Of a DNA stretch of 64,000 nt, positions 40,830-55,192 are shown piece after piece (the stretch's first letter is position 1; each line of letters begins with the position of its first letter). Origin of the DNA: Eledone cirrhosa (Eukaryota); the NCBI GenBank assembly GCA_964016885.1, contig OZ024742.1, positions 9,238,001 to 9,302,000 on the forward strand, in the 5' to 3' direction. Position numbers and translations under genes: made by a program. The notes below the pieces were generated by a model. That model saw only the letters and a program-made list of their open reading frames with translations, ran no database searches and was not told the DNA's origin.

Positions 40830-43264
40830 ATATTATAATGAAATGACAGGAGGCTGGATTTGTGTAAATCCTTGAAAGGTTTATTATACTATGATCATTT
40901 CAATGACCGGGTTCCGTGTGAATCCGGTGATATCATCAGGTATTCGAAATATAATACGTGAATGTAATAGGTAAAATCCATGGGGCTGAAAATCGAGACT
41001 CGAGGGCGACCGCTATTCTGTTCCTTCAACCTCAGCCGGTCGCCCTGGAGTGACGTGGCTAAATTTTATAGTATGCTACTACCGGTCAGATGAACGAAAA
41101 CAGAAAGGGATGGGAGCATAGGTTAACGTCGATCCCATGACACAAGGTAAAAGAAAGAAAGAAAGGAAGGAGAGAGAAGAAGGGGGAAGAAAGAAGAAGA
41201 GAAGCCAGGGTTAATGTCAGCTAAAAGAGGAAGGCAACTACTACTGGTCAGATATAGGCAAGCAAGAGGGGGAAGGAAGATAAGTCTGCGGGAGGAAGAC
41301 AGGAGGAGGGGAGGTGAGAAGGAAGGGAAGAGAGAAGTAGAAAAGTAAGGGTTGATGGCTACAAGAAGGAAGATAGAAAGAAAGAGGAAGAAAGGTCGAT
41401 ATTAATGTCAGACCACAGTCAAGCCAGGAGTGGCGCGAGAAAATTTTCACAGGGACCCGCATCTTAGCGGAGATGAATATATTGGGAGTCAGTGTTTTAC
41501 AGTGTTTAGACTTCTAGGATGAAGTTAAAAAAATTAATAATCAATATTCAATATTAAAGAGGTTAGAAAATTTAAAGTTCAACAGTTTAACATTTAATTA
41601 TATAATAGTTCCGATTTGTTCTGTAATTTAAAGGTACTATTTGGCGGTTAAAACAACGGCCGCGCCCCGGGCCCCATGGCGAATTAAGCCACGCCGAGTA
41701 TTTTCATTTACTGAAAGAAGGGGAAATTTATTTTTCCAAGCACTCCAGGTGAGCTCGTTCGCCAGGGAGCTGGTCGCGCCGCCATTAAAACCCACCCAAC
41801 AGTCCGACAGAAAGTTGGAACTTTAAAATTTTGCTTAGAGAAGTAAAAGAGTAATGGTTGATAGCTACAAGAAGGAAGATAGAATGAGAGAGGAAGGAAG
41901 GTCGATATTAATGTCACACCACAGTCGGGCCAGGAGTGGCGCGACAAAATTTTCACAGGGACTCGCATCTTAGCAGAGGTGAATATATTGGGGGTCAGTG
42001 TGTTACAATGTTTAGACTTATAGGATGAAGTTAAAAAATTAATAAATTAATAATCAATATTCCATATTAAAGAGGTTAGAAAATTTAAAGCTCAACATTT
42101 TAAGGTTGATATATCTAAGAGTTCCGATTTGTTCTGTAATTTAAAGGTACTATTTGGCGGTTAAAACACCGGCCGCGCCCCGGGCCCCATGGCGAATTAA
42201 GCCACGCCGAGTATTTTCATTTACCGAAAGAAGGGGAAATTTATTTTTCCAAGCACTCCAGGTGAGCCCGTTCGCCAGGGAGCTGGTCGCGCCGCCGCTA
42301 AAACCCACCCAACGGTCCGACAGAAAGTTGGAACTTTAGAATTTTCCTTAACTCTATCGGATGAAGTTGAAAGAATTCAGAATAACATTATAAAACTAAG
42401 GAGTAAGAGGATTGAGAATTGAACAAACAGAAAATTGAAGATTAAACATTCAAATAACTTCTATGAGGTTTTGGGTTGCGGGGTTTAATTAAATAGTCTT
42501 TTATGAAGAAACATTAATTGTATTATGTAGATCTGTAATTTATCCTAGTGGGATGTAGAGTACGGGATATAGTCGTGTAATGTTTAATTTTTGTTCTCAG
42601 GAGGAGACATTCTAGTGTCGTGTGCTAATGGGTACAGATCCCAATGTGAGGAGTAGAAATACATGGATACATAGAAGTGGAATACGTGGAAGAGCACATT
42701 GGTACAGCAGAGGTATAAATATATAAACATATCAATATATAGGTATAAACATGTAAATAAACCAACAAGAGTGGTGTTGGAGTAAGATGGAGAAATCAGG
42801 ACATAGGAGAATTACAATATAGTTCAGGTTGCAGTATTTATGTTCCCGGGGGGGGGGCAATCCTGTGTCGTGTGCTAAGGGTGCACGCGAGTAAAAGTCC
42901 GAATAAGGGGAGTAAAAAGTACATGGATGTATAGAGGTAGAGTACGTGGAAAGACAGTAATACAGCAAACAAAGATGGATTTTACCTATTACATTCACGT
43001 ATTATATTTCGAATACCTGATGATATTACCGGATTCACACGGAACCCGGTCATTGAAATGATCATAGTATAATAAACCTTTCAAGGATTTACACAAATCC
43101 AGCCTCCTGTCATTTCATTATAATATTTAACTCCGTAATAGCACCACCAACTACAAAAACAAAGACGGTTGAACTGCTTTACGTTGAGTACTCTCTATAT
43201 TATTGCATTACGATTGACCATACGGAATAGACCAGCTCTATACAGTGGTGAACCTCAAACCTGA

Positions 43265-43270
<6 letters not shown>
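40830..43270 (+). mobile_element. Non-coding PLE-derived element with 5' inverted pLTR
   Basis: About 40830-40985 is the inverse of about 42975-43126; HHRs at 40886-40943 (-) and 43013-43070 (+); internal 513-bp duplication. Confidence 0.75.
43013..43070 (+). ncRNA. Hammerhead ribozyme
   Basis: ATAC CTGATGA ..ACCGG..CCGGT.. GAAA TGATCA TA GTAT. Confidence 0.8.
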
Positions 43271-43311
<41 letters not shown>

Positions 43312-43314
<3 letters not shown>

Positions 43315-45393
43315 CACAACTTACACCAAAATCCTCATTGATAAAATCGAACAAGTCGTTAAAAGAATGAGATGGAAGGCAATGGTTTACGATGGACTAT
43401 TCAGTGCTGATACTAAAGATTATTTTGACATTAAATCCCGTAAATATCCACCTAGAATTAAAGACATGGCCAACTTCGAATTAGACCTCGTTAATCTAAT
43501 TAGTGATATCAAATTTCGTAAGTACAATAATAACTTTCAAACTAAACTTTCTAACGATATTTCTAATTTTAGAAATTCTACAAACACTTTCGTTCTTTCT
43601 GATAAACTAAAAACCTCTTTGAAGTTAATAGTAATTTGTATAACCAACTTTTAACTAATAGTATTACCAATAAATATCAATTAACTAATAATAATAGCTA
43701 CAATACTATCAATAAAGAAGCTAAAGAACTAGTTAGTTCTTTACAAATAGATAACCGGATTGAAAGCTTAGCTAAGCGTAAAGCATATATTACCCTTAAA
43801 GACCATAAATTGGACTTTACTAACCGACCTAGTTGTAGACTGATTAACCCGGCTAAATCCGAAGTTGGCCTTGCTAGTAAGAAAATCTTAAGAAAAATAA
43901 TTCTCCAAATTAGAACTAACACTGACCTTTCACAGTGGCTAAATACTTCCTCTGTTATTTCTTGGTTCAATAATATACACGGTAAAAATAAGTGTAGATT
44001 TACCCAATTTGATATTGTCGATTTTTACCCTTCTATTACTGTTTCCTTATTAACTAATGCCTTAGATTTTGCAAGACCCTTCATTAATATCTCTAAATTA
44101 GAAGAGGACATTATCTTTCATGCTAGAAAAACTTTACTTTTTACTAATGATAATATTTGGGTTAAAAAGTCAAACCCTGAAAACTCTTTCGATGTTGCAA
44201 TGGGTTCCTATGACAGTGCGGATGTGTGCGACTTAGTAGGATTATTCCTTCTCCACACACTCAAAGAGAAATTTCCGTCCCATAATATAGGTTTATACCG
44301 TGATGACGGATTAGCAGTTTCTCATACCACCAACGGCCATAATCTTGATAAATTCCGTAAAGATTTAATTAGTTCTTTTGCTAATCTTAACCTTAAAATT
44401 ACTATAGATACGAACCTTACTAATGCTAACTTTCTTGATATTAATCTTGATCTACTTACTGCCTCTTTTAAACCCTATCATAAACCTAATGAGAATCTCA
44501 GGTATATACACAAAGAGTCTTGCCATCCCCCTATAGTTTTTAATAATCTTATTCCTAACATTAGCCGTAGGATTTCTGCCTTATCTTCGTCTATAGACAT
44601 TTTTAATAAAGCCGCCCCTTATTATAATAAAGCCCTTAAGAACAGCGGTTTTACAGAAAATATTTCTTATTTACCTACTCCCCCCCCTAAAACTAACCAT
44701 AATAACAGGAAAAGGAAGATTATTTGGTTCACACCCCCCTTCTCTCTAAATGTCAAAACTAATGTAGGAAGGAAATTCCTTGAACTATTAGACAAACATT
44801 TTCCTCCTATTCATAGATATTATAAGATTTTTAATAGGAATGTAGTTAAGATCAGCTACTCTTGTTGCCCATCCATGAAGTCCAAAATCACCAGTTCAAA
44901 CCGTACGAGGATAAATCCAGGATGCAGTTGCAGGAAGCCGGATGAATGCCCATTGCAGGGTAAATGTAACACAAAATCTGTCGTTTATGAGGCTAAGATA
45001 ACGCCAGTTATCAACAACCAGCCAGCCAGGAGTGAGCGATATGTCGGTTTGACCTAGGACAGGTTTAAAACCAGATTTTACTCACATGTCGCTTCTTTTA
45101 AGCACTCTGATAAACGAACTTCAACGGCCCTCGCAAGTAAGGTATGGGATCTCAAGGATAGTAATATCCCGTACTCTATTGATTGGTCTATATTAGACCA
45201 TTCGAGGGAGTACCAAAGGGGCACAAAGAATTGTTCTTTGTGCACCACAGAAAAGTATAGGATTTTGCTAAACTTGAGAGCCACTTCCGCTTGCCTTAAC
45301 TCAAAGACTGAGATCTTCAGATGCTGTCCTCATCTGAAATCGCATCTGATCTGTAACTGGATTGACACTCCTATGAGAAATCAACCGCCTTGA
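43312..45393 (+). pseudogene. PLE RT + GIY-YIG ORF with one frameshift (about 43610) and one TAG (45055-45057)
   Basis: KRMRWKA, TLKDHK, CRLINPAKS, FDIVDFYPSI, MGSYDSADVCDLVG, GLYRDDGL, IIWFTPPFS, CSCR..CPLQGKC, VVY..YVG, CSLCTTEK, CPH. Confidence 0.93.
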
Positions 45394-45598
45394 ACTCCTT
45401 CCCTGCTCTTTACTTTTGCTACGGTTTTTATTTTGCCGACTCTACCTTCTGTACTCTTGTATATTTACAAATTTTTTTTCTCCCTTACCTCCCCTTATAT
45501 TTTACCTTCTCTTATGCCCCCCCCCCCCATATATTCTTTTTGTTTTGCCCTTCACATACCTATGTGTATGTGTATGTATTTTTGTGTGTATATATATA

Positions 45599-45634
<36 letters not shown>

Positions 45635-45644
45635 TATATTTGTG

Positions 45645-45682
<38 letters not shown>

Positions 45683-45759
45683 CGTGTGTGTATGTGTGTA
45701 TATAATTGTATATTTGTGTGTGTATATGTATGTATATCTGGATAAACCAGGCTTTTTTT

Positions 45760-45814
45760 CATTCTGAAGATTGAAGGAAACTTTTTTTGCCTTTAAGAAA
45801 CCTCTGGTGAATGG
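45760..45814 (+). ncRNA. Hammerhead motif, probably inactive (GUG triplet)
   Basis: CATT CTGAAGA TTGAAGG..CCTTTAA GAAAC CTCTG GTG AATG. Confidence 0.7.
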
Positions 45815-45957
45815 ATTAATTACCTTGTGTTGCTTTATTACTTTACTACTATATGTACGTTTATGTAAGGTTCATTAGTCTTATCTAATACTGAGCTTTA
45901 CACATACACACATGTATATGTGTGTGTGTATGTGTATGCATGTGTGTATGTGTACGT

Positions 45958-45991
<34 letters not shown>

Positions 45992-46242
45992 TAATTAAAA
46001 TATAGATATATATATGTATATATATATGTGTATATATATATATGTATGTATGTATATGTGTGCGTGTGTATTTATTTATTTTTATGTATGTGTGGGTGTG
46101 TGTGTGTGTGTGTGTGTGTGTTTGTTTGTATTTGGTTGTGCGTGCTTTTGATATATACGTATTTGCATGTGTATAATTGTTTAGCTATGTATGTATATAT
46201 GTGTGTGTGTGTGTGTGTGCGTTTATATTTTTATATTTTTGT

Positions 46243-46301
<59 letters not shown>

Positions 46302-46710
46302 ATTACATATACATGTGTGTGTTTATATTATATACGTGTGCGTGTTTGTGTATGTATGTGTATGTATGTGTTTATGTATTTGTATATGTATATTTATGAG
46401 TGAGAGTGTGTGTATGTGTTTACTATTTCGTACGTATGTATATGTGCTTATGTGTGTATTACTTACCACGCGTGTCTGTCCTGTTAGCTGGGGCATGTAT
46501 CGCTGTCAAAAAATTTTTAATATATATTTATATATTTTTTTCTTATATTTATTTGCGTGTGTGAATATGTAGAGGAGTGCATTCATGTATGTGTATGTAT
46601 GTACGTTGTATGTTTGTGTGAATGTATGTATGTGTATATATATATGTGTGTGTGTATGGCTATGTTTGTATATGTGTATGCTTGTACACATACATGTGTG
46701 TGTGTGTGTA

Positions 46711-46742
<32 letters not shown>

Positions 46743-46799
46743 ATATATATATGTATATATATATATATATGTACATATATATATGTGTGTGTGTATGTG

Positions 46800-46836
<37 letters not shown>

Positions 46837-47086
46837 ATGTATGAATGTATGTATGTGTATATGTGTGTATATATGTGTATGTGTGTGTAGGTGTACGTTT
46901 TATATATATATATATGTGTATATGTATATATGTATGTGCGTGTAAGTATGCTTTTGTGTTTTTTTGTGTGTGTGTTTGCATGTGTAGTTTTATTTTATTT
47001 TTCCTTTCCTTCTCCCTTTTCCAGCCTCACTTTCATATAGATTGCATTTTTGTTTTTAGAATCCAAATTCAATAAACAAACCAGGA

Positions 47087-47150
47087 TTTTTCATTCTGAG
47101 GATTGAAAGCAAAACCTTTTGCGTTTAAGAAACCACTGGTAAATGGAAAA
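47087..47150 (+). ncRNA. Hammerhead ribozyme
   Basis: TTTTCATT CTGAGGA TTGAAAGC-aaaacctttt-GCGTTTAA GAAACC ACT GGTA AATGGAAA. Confidence 0.85.
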
Positions 47151-47353
47151 ATTGCCTTATGTTGTTTATTACATAATAATAATTGTTTCTACTATTGGCA
47201 CAAGGCCAGAAATTACCCAGTACATTACTGGTACTTTATTTTATCGACCCCGTAAGGATGAAAGGCAAAGTTAATAATAATTAAGCTCTGTTGCCTACAT
47301 AGAGCACTCTTTTTTCCTGGACTTTTCCGATGGAATTACTTCATTTACACATA

Positions 47354-47385
<32 letters not shown>

Positions 47386-47521
47386 CATATATACATATAT
47401 ACATACATATATATATATACATATACATATATATATAAATATATATATATATACATATATATATATACATATATACACACATATATATATATATTTATAT
47501 ATATATGTATATATATATATG

Positions 47522-47584
<63 letters not shown>

Positions 47585-47611
47585 GTATATATATTTATGT
47601 GTGTATATATG

Positions 47612-47688
<77 letters not shown>

Positions 47689-48402
47689 GTATGTATATGT
47701 ATATATATATGTATGTATATGTATATATATATGTATATATATATGTATGTATATGTATATATATATATGTATATATATGTATATATATATATATATATAT
47801 AATATATATATATATATATGTACAAATATATATATATATGTATATATATATACATATATATGTATATATATATATACATATATATATATGTACACATATA
47901 TATATATATATATACATATATATATACATATATATATATACATATATATACATATATAAATACATATACATACATATATATATACATATACATACATATA
48001 CATACATATATATATATATATATATAAACGGAAAAAATGAAACGAAATTTCATTTCCCACTCTTAGTACGGCTGTTACTAAAATATAAGTATGTACACGT
48101 ACATACATATATGTATACAGACGTACAGTAGTATGCATATATATATACATACATGCACACATATATATATGTACGCATGGATTCACCGAACATTTATTAT
48201 AATGCTCGGTGTGTTTGTAAACAAACATCCCGTATTAAGCCGTAGTGTCTAGCAACCATCGTTACATATATATATATATATACATATATATATACATAAA
48301 TATATATATGTATATATATATATGTATATATATATATGTGTGTATATATATATGAATATATATATGTATATATATATATGTATATATATTTATGTATATA
48401 TG

Positions 48403-48481
<79 letters not shown>

Positions 48482-49322
48482 GTATATATATATATGTAGT
48501 GGGTGAGTTTTATTGTAGCACAATAAAGCAATGAAATACCGGATATGTAGCACTCCACAGTTTATAGGACTGGAGTATACATAATAATTTTTCTTCCTTA
48601 AATTTTCCTCTTTCTTCTCTCCTTCCGTACTCGTATTAAACCTATTATTTACTTTTACATATTATAATACATTAAATCAAACTTAAACCCTAACTAATTC
48701 CTCTAAGTTCATAATTTATTCAATCTCTTCTTCTTTCATATTATATCCTTAATATCCTTAATATTTTTATTTTAATAATACATATTAATATATTCTTTTT
48801 TTTCGGGCATATTAATAAACCCTTCAATATATAAACCTTAAATAAATACTATTCTTAATTCCTTTTTCTTTAACCATAAACATCACCCTCCATAAACCTC
48901 ATTAACTTTTAATTTCAAAATCCTTTTTAAATTATCTATTATCTTTCAACAGTTTTTAATTTCTCACTGTGAGACAATGTTTTCTCAGTTGTAAAGGCTA
49001 TTTCTCTCTCTCTATCACTCATTTCTCCTCCTCTCTCATCCTTCCTTCTTTTACTCCTCCTCCGTCATCCTTTATTTTCTTTCTTCCTCTTCCTTACTTT
49101 TTCCTACCCAACCCTCCATTTTTTTTTGCAAATCTCATATATCTATCTTACTTTATTTTTCATATGTTGGTTTAACACTTCACTGCTCGCAAGTGTTTTT
49201 TAAACTTCATATCATGTCTCCCTATTTTTCTGGTGAGAACACAAATATCATCCCATGATGATATTTGTTTTTGAAATGCGCATAATTAAATACTTGGAAC
49301 TCTTTTAACCATCTTTTGATCT

Positions 49323-49362
<40 letters not shown>

Positions 49363-49411
49363 TGCTATATATCTATCTATAATGTTATATATATATATAT
49401 ATATATATATC

Positions 49412-49505
<94 letters not shown>

Positions 49506-49529
49506 TATATATATATAAATATATATATA

Positions 49530-50398
49530 GAACAGAATGAAACGAAATTTCATTTCTCACTCTTAACGGCACTTACTTAAGTGTAAGTATTTATGTATGT
49601 ATACGTATATACGTATATGTATACAGACGTACAGTAGTATGTATATATATATACATACATGCACTTATCGGTTTACCGAACATTTATTATAATGCTAGGT
49701 TTGTTTGTTTGTAAACAAACAGACAGCCCGCATTACGTCGTACAGTGTTTAGGCAACCGCGGCACCTTTTTGTTCAACACTGACACAGGAACGATGTCCT
49801 AGTTTCAAGATTATAGCTATCGTCAGCACCGTATACCTTCCTGCCAGATGGTTGAATGTCTGAAAGTATATACTTTCCTAATGAATATTAACGCCTGAGC
49901 AACCTAATTTGCATATCGAGTGAGTTCAGTCGGCCGGGCACACCAAGAACGATAAATGGAATAGAATGAAATGAAATTTCATTTCTCACTCTTAGTACGG
50001 CACTTACTTAAATGTAAGTATGTATGTATACGTACATACATATATGTGTACAGACGTACAGTAGTATGTATATATATACACACATGCACACATATATATA
50101 TATATATGGACGTATTGGTTTACCGAACATTTATTATAATGCTCGGTCTGTTTGTTTGTAAACAAACAATCAGGCCGAATTACGCCGTACCGTGTTTAGG
50201 CAACCATCGTCGCCCTTTTGTTCAACACTGACACAGGAACGATGTACTAGTTTCAAGCTTATTAGCTGTCGTCAGCATCGTATACTTTCCTGCCAGATGG
50301 TTGAACGTCTGCAAGTATATATATTCCTTATGCATATTAACGCCTGAGCACCTAATTTGCATATCGAGTGAGTTCAGTCGGTCGGGCACATCGACCGA
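49530..50398 (-). mobile_element. Diverged tandem dimer (about 440-bp unit) with a minimal HHR per unit; partial third copy at 48028-48262
   Basis: Two aligned units; HHRs at 50240-50280 (intact) and 49792-49831 (decayed). Confidence 0.8.
50240..50280 (-). ncRNA. Minimal hammerhead ribozyme
   Basis: Minus strand CGATG CTGACGA C AGCT-aata-AGCT T GAAAC TA GTA CATCG. Confidence 0.87.
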
Positions 50399-50409
50399 TA
50401 TATATATTT

Positions 50410-50440
<31 letters not shown>

Positions 50441-50454
50441 AATATATGTATATA

Positions 50455-50549
<95 letters not shown>

Positions 50550-50554
50550 GTATA

Positions 50555-50621
<67 letters not shown>

Positions 50622-53265
50622 GTATATATATATGCCGAGAGACATACCGATACATATTCAAACATTGATACATATTCAAACATTGTGGGTCAACGTTCAT
50701 TACAGAATTTAGAGTGGCAGTACACACTTCGAGATTACATTTATATTAAGAGGTACAATCAAAAATCAAAATACAGGTTAAAATACAACATGAAGATAAG
50801 CGGTTATATAGTGTAAATGTTATATGTGTGGCACGCATGTGCGTATTGTCTATATAGTGTGGCAGAGAGATATGTGTGGTAGAGGCACTTAGGTAGGTAA
50901 ACAAGAGTGTTAGGTTGGTAGATCTGGTGGCAAATTCTTTATATGATTGATATAGTCTGTGTGTGGAGAAATATTATAAGCATTAAAAATAGTGCAAGCA
51001 TTAAAAGTGTTAAAAGTATTGGAGATGCACAGCGCAGGGAAGTCAAGTATTTCATGTACTTCGGCATTTTCATGGTCAGGGGAGTGTATTTTTCGATTAT
51101 ATGCCCTTCACATAATCCACGACAATCCAGTTAGAGATCGTAGTCTGGTGTTCTTTAGTTCAATACAGGAGGCTGTTACGTTTCGAGAAACGCCATTGAA
51201 TACCGCCCGGAAGTGTGTGTGTGGCTAAGGGGAGTTAATGCATGCGGGGAGGTAACTCTGGGGTTTCTATACCTAGCTATTAAAATGTGTCCCAATATAG
51301 ACCCTAATTTCTATGGTGATGCGCATCCTCCAAGAGAAACTTTTAAAGCATAAAGTGTATTAACTATAGAGTAGTTTAATTAAGTTATGCTGAAAGTGAT
51401 CATATTATTATGGTGGATTAACCCATCGTAAGGTGCCACAAATGGAAATTATAGATGATGAGCGAGGATTCTAAATAATGATCTCTGTGGTCGTAGTCTA
51501 CTCATAGGACCAGGCGCGGTGATTGCAGGATTGCTTCAGGACCCAATGATCTCTGGTAAGATCTGGGTCATCACTTGCTATATTGGATGTCGAGAGATAA
51601 TCATCCCCAGGCCGGCCAGAGGTCAATCCGCAGTCCTCGCGACCCCTCTCTAACCGTCAGATCATCCATATATGTACAACCCGCACGCCTGTTGCAATGC
51701 ATTCACTCACTGCGCTCAGCAACCCGGTCCTACTGGTCAACAGCGTTACTAGATTAAAACATTTTTCATCTGTCTAAGGAAGGTGTTTCCTCTGCACAAC
51801 ACTATCCAACCGATCAATTCATGCTCAAATTACCCTTAGAGCGGTGTAGTGCCGTTCAAGTGGGTGGATGTTGTCACACCTGACGTAGAGGTATAAATGG
51901 GTATTCTCCCTGCGAAGGGTTCCAGAGGGATGTCGTTGGGAGAATACCCATTTACAGGGAGAATACCCGTTTATACCTCTACGTCAGGTGTGACAACATC
52001 CACCCTAAATGGGTATTCTCCCTGCGAAGGGTTCCAGAGGGATGTCGTTGGGAGAATACTCATTTACAGGGAGAATATAGTTCAAATTGCATTGAGGTTA
52101 ACTTTGCCTTTCATCCTTACGGGATCGATAAAATATAGTACCAGTAATGTACTGAGTATTTGCTGGCCTTGTGCCAATAGTATATATAATTCTATATCTA
52201 TATAATGAGTGACTGAACGTTAGTAATGTTACAATAGTGTGGGTATAAGAGACATAGAGAAAGGGGTGTAGAGGGGGGAGAGAGAGAGAGAGAAATGAAA
52301 AAGAGATATCTAGATAATCTAAAATCAATACGATAATATTTAAAACATTAAATGATGTTACTCTTCCTTTCAGCCAAATCTGTGTCTTTAAACTTTCCAG
52401 TATGAATGGTTCGATACCACAACTTCCAATAAACAGATTCTGACTTATATTGAAATATATTTTTGTTAAAGTTAAGATAATTTTTTTTCTCAGCTCAGCA
52501 GTGATTATCCCTGTTTCATTGGTGTTAAGTGACTGTGGATAGAAGAATCTCTCTGAAAATGAACCCGGTCTATCGCAAGTTCACCTCCCAGCTACTACTG
52601 GTACTCATGTTCAGGTGAGTATACTGGGGTAATGTGAAATAAAGTGTTTTTCTCAACAACACAACACACAAACCGGCTCCGGAATCGAACCGACGATATT
52701 ACAATCGTACGACAAACGACCTAACCATTACACCATACGTCTTCACAACGCTGGAATATAATCAGTTTGAATTCATATATGAAGTCAATGACACAATTTC
52801 CTCGTAATTTCGGGTAAAAAACTGTTTCTGTTTCTTTTCAGAATACTTCCTGATTTTCTTCACTTAGAATTTCAGTTCTGGAAATTTCAAAAAATGTTTA
52901 GAAACGAAATTTTATTATATAACATTTCGAAAATTTTAATTACTACTTGAATTAAAATTGCTTTCCTAAATATTTCTTTTTATAATTCTCTCTATTTCTT
53001 TCCATTAAGGAACCTTTATAATGGAGGTTTGAAAATAATTTCTATAGAGCAACGATCTTTTAAAACACATATTTTAATAAGAAATATAACATTTCTAGAT
53101 GTGAATATAATACCATTCTCTGAGCTTCATGGGGCTAAGTAATAATATATATGAGTAAATATGTGTATATATATATATGTGTGTGTCTATATATATATAA
53201 TTGTGTGTGCGTGTGTGTGTGTGTGTGCGTGCGTGCGTGCGTATGTATGTATGCACGTCCATGAT

Positions 53266-53317
<52 letters not shown>

Positions 53318-53467
53318 CATGTAGGCATATACGTGTATATATATATATATCTATACAAGCTTCTAATTTTACATTCGTATTTATATGCTTCTATATTTTA
53401 TACATACTTGAATAGTTCTTTCTGTGATTGCTTTATCTGCATGTGAGTATATATATATATATAAATA

Positions 53468-53852
53468 TACGATATAAACAAATGGAAACTACATTTATAA
53501 AACCATATTTATTTCATTATATATATTTCAGGGATATCATATTAAAAATATGGTATGCCCTCATCAGACAAAATACAATATATAAACAGTTTTATAAATA
53601 AATTTGACATACCTTGGAAATTTATTTAATTTATTTATAAAACTGTTTATATGTTGTATTTTGTCTGATGAGGGCATACCATATTTTTAATATGATATCC
53701 CTGAAATATATATAATGAAATAAATATGGTTTTATAAATGTAGTTTCCATTTGTTTAATATCGTAAAATACTCCAAAATCTGTTGAGTGCTTTTATATCA
53801 GTTATAAAATATTTACTCGTTGTAACCCAACAATTTTAAATAAAATGTTTGC
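53468..53852 (+). mobile_element. Foldback element with HHR (53657-53722 plus, mirror copy at about 53510-53575 minus)
   Basis: 53468-53603 inverted against 53628-53765; TATTTTGT CTGATGA GGGCAT..ATCCCT GAAA TATATATA ATGAAATA; tail TTGAGTGC. Confidence 0.8.
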
Positions 53853-53909
<57 letters not shown>

Positions 53910-54097
53910 GGGAAAAGTATAACCCCGACGGCAGAGCACAAGCCGTTTCGACGGCTATTTCGAAACGGCTTGAGCTCTGTCGTCGGGGTCATACTTTTTC
54001 CTATTTCCCACTCTACTACCCTAAGTATTGAGTACTCTGGTGCGTTATGGTTCATCTGGTTCCTTACCACAATTCCTTTGTTATATATATATATATG

Positions 54098-54998
54098 AAT
54101 AAATTTAGTCCTTCATCGGTGATCTTCCAACCTTCATTGGTATTTCATCGCTTTAAAGACCATATACCTCCGGTTGGTGCGAGCAACTGTTAAAGAAAGT
54201 CGTTGCGACACGTAAATAAGGGGAACGAGCGAGACTGTAAACAATCAAAGATGGTAATGCAACGAAAAGTGAGGAAGAAGGAGTCAAGTCCCAGAAATCG
54301 ATGAATATAAGTTCTGCGAAATCGTGGACGAGAGAGAATAAAGACCATCAAACCGAGTCGAAATGTGAGCAAGGAAAGAATTTCACACAGGTCAAACGAA
54401 AGGAAGAAGGAGTCTAGTCCCTGAATTCGGTGAACATAAGTTCTGTGAAATCGTAGACAAAAGAGAAAAAAAGGAATAACCAACCTGGTCAAGAGTGTGC
54501 GAGGAAAGAATTTCGCACAGGTCAAACGGGAGAAAGTAGGAGACGGAGTAGCAGAGAGTGAGTGAGTAAAGGGTGAGGAAGAGGCTAACAGAGAGAGTGA
54601 CTGTTAGAGGGGGTAAAGGGAAGTGAGAGATACAGAGAAAGAGGAAGCAGTAAGAACGAAATAGACGGGTCACAGCGGGGGAAATTATATGTGTGAATAT
54701 GAAAACAAGACGTGCTGTGTGGTTGCAAAAGGGTTACATATGAATACATTTAGTCTTTCATCAGTGATCTTCCAACCTTCATTGGTATTTCATCGCTTTA
54801 AAGACCATATACCTCCGGTTGGTGCGAGCAACGGCTAAAGAAAGTCGTTGGGACACGTAAATAAGGGGAACGAGCGAGACTGTAAACAATCAAAGATGGT
54901 AATGCAACTAAAGTGAGGAAGAAGGAGTCAAGTCCCAGAAATCGATGAATATAAGTTCTGTGAAATCGTGGACGAGAGAGAATAAAGACCATCAAACC
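54098..54998. repeat. Partial direct duplication (about 54100-54355 / 54745-54998)
   Basis: Direct reading. Confidence 0.8.
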
Positions 54999-55161
54999 TA
55001 GGAGTTGTGGTAAGGAACCAGATGGACCATAACGCACCAGAGTACTCAATACTTAGGGTAGTAGAGAATGTAATAGGAGAAAGTATGACACCGACTAAAG
55101 TTTAGTCCAGAAATAGCCGTCGAAACGGCTTGAGCTCTGCCGTCGGGGTCATACTTTCTCC

Positions 55162-55192
<31 letters not shown>

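Larger units (their letters stand above)
43312..47348 (+). mobile_element. Penelope-like element (Naiad-type) with two tandem HHR-bearing 3' repeats
   Basis: ORF followed by HHRs at 45760 and 47087; tail TAGAGCACTC lies beyond a SINE insertion at about 47175-47272. Confidence 0.82.
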
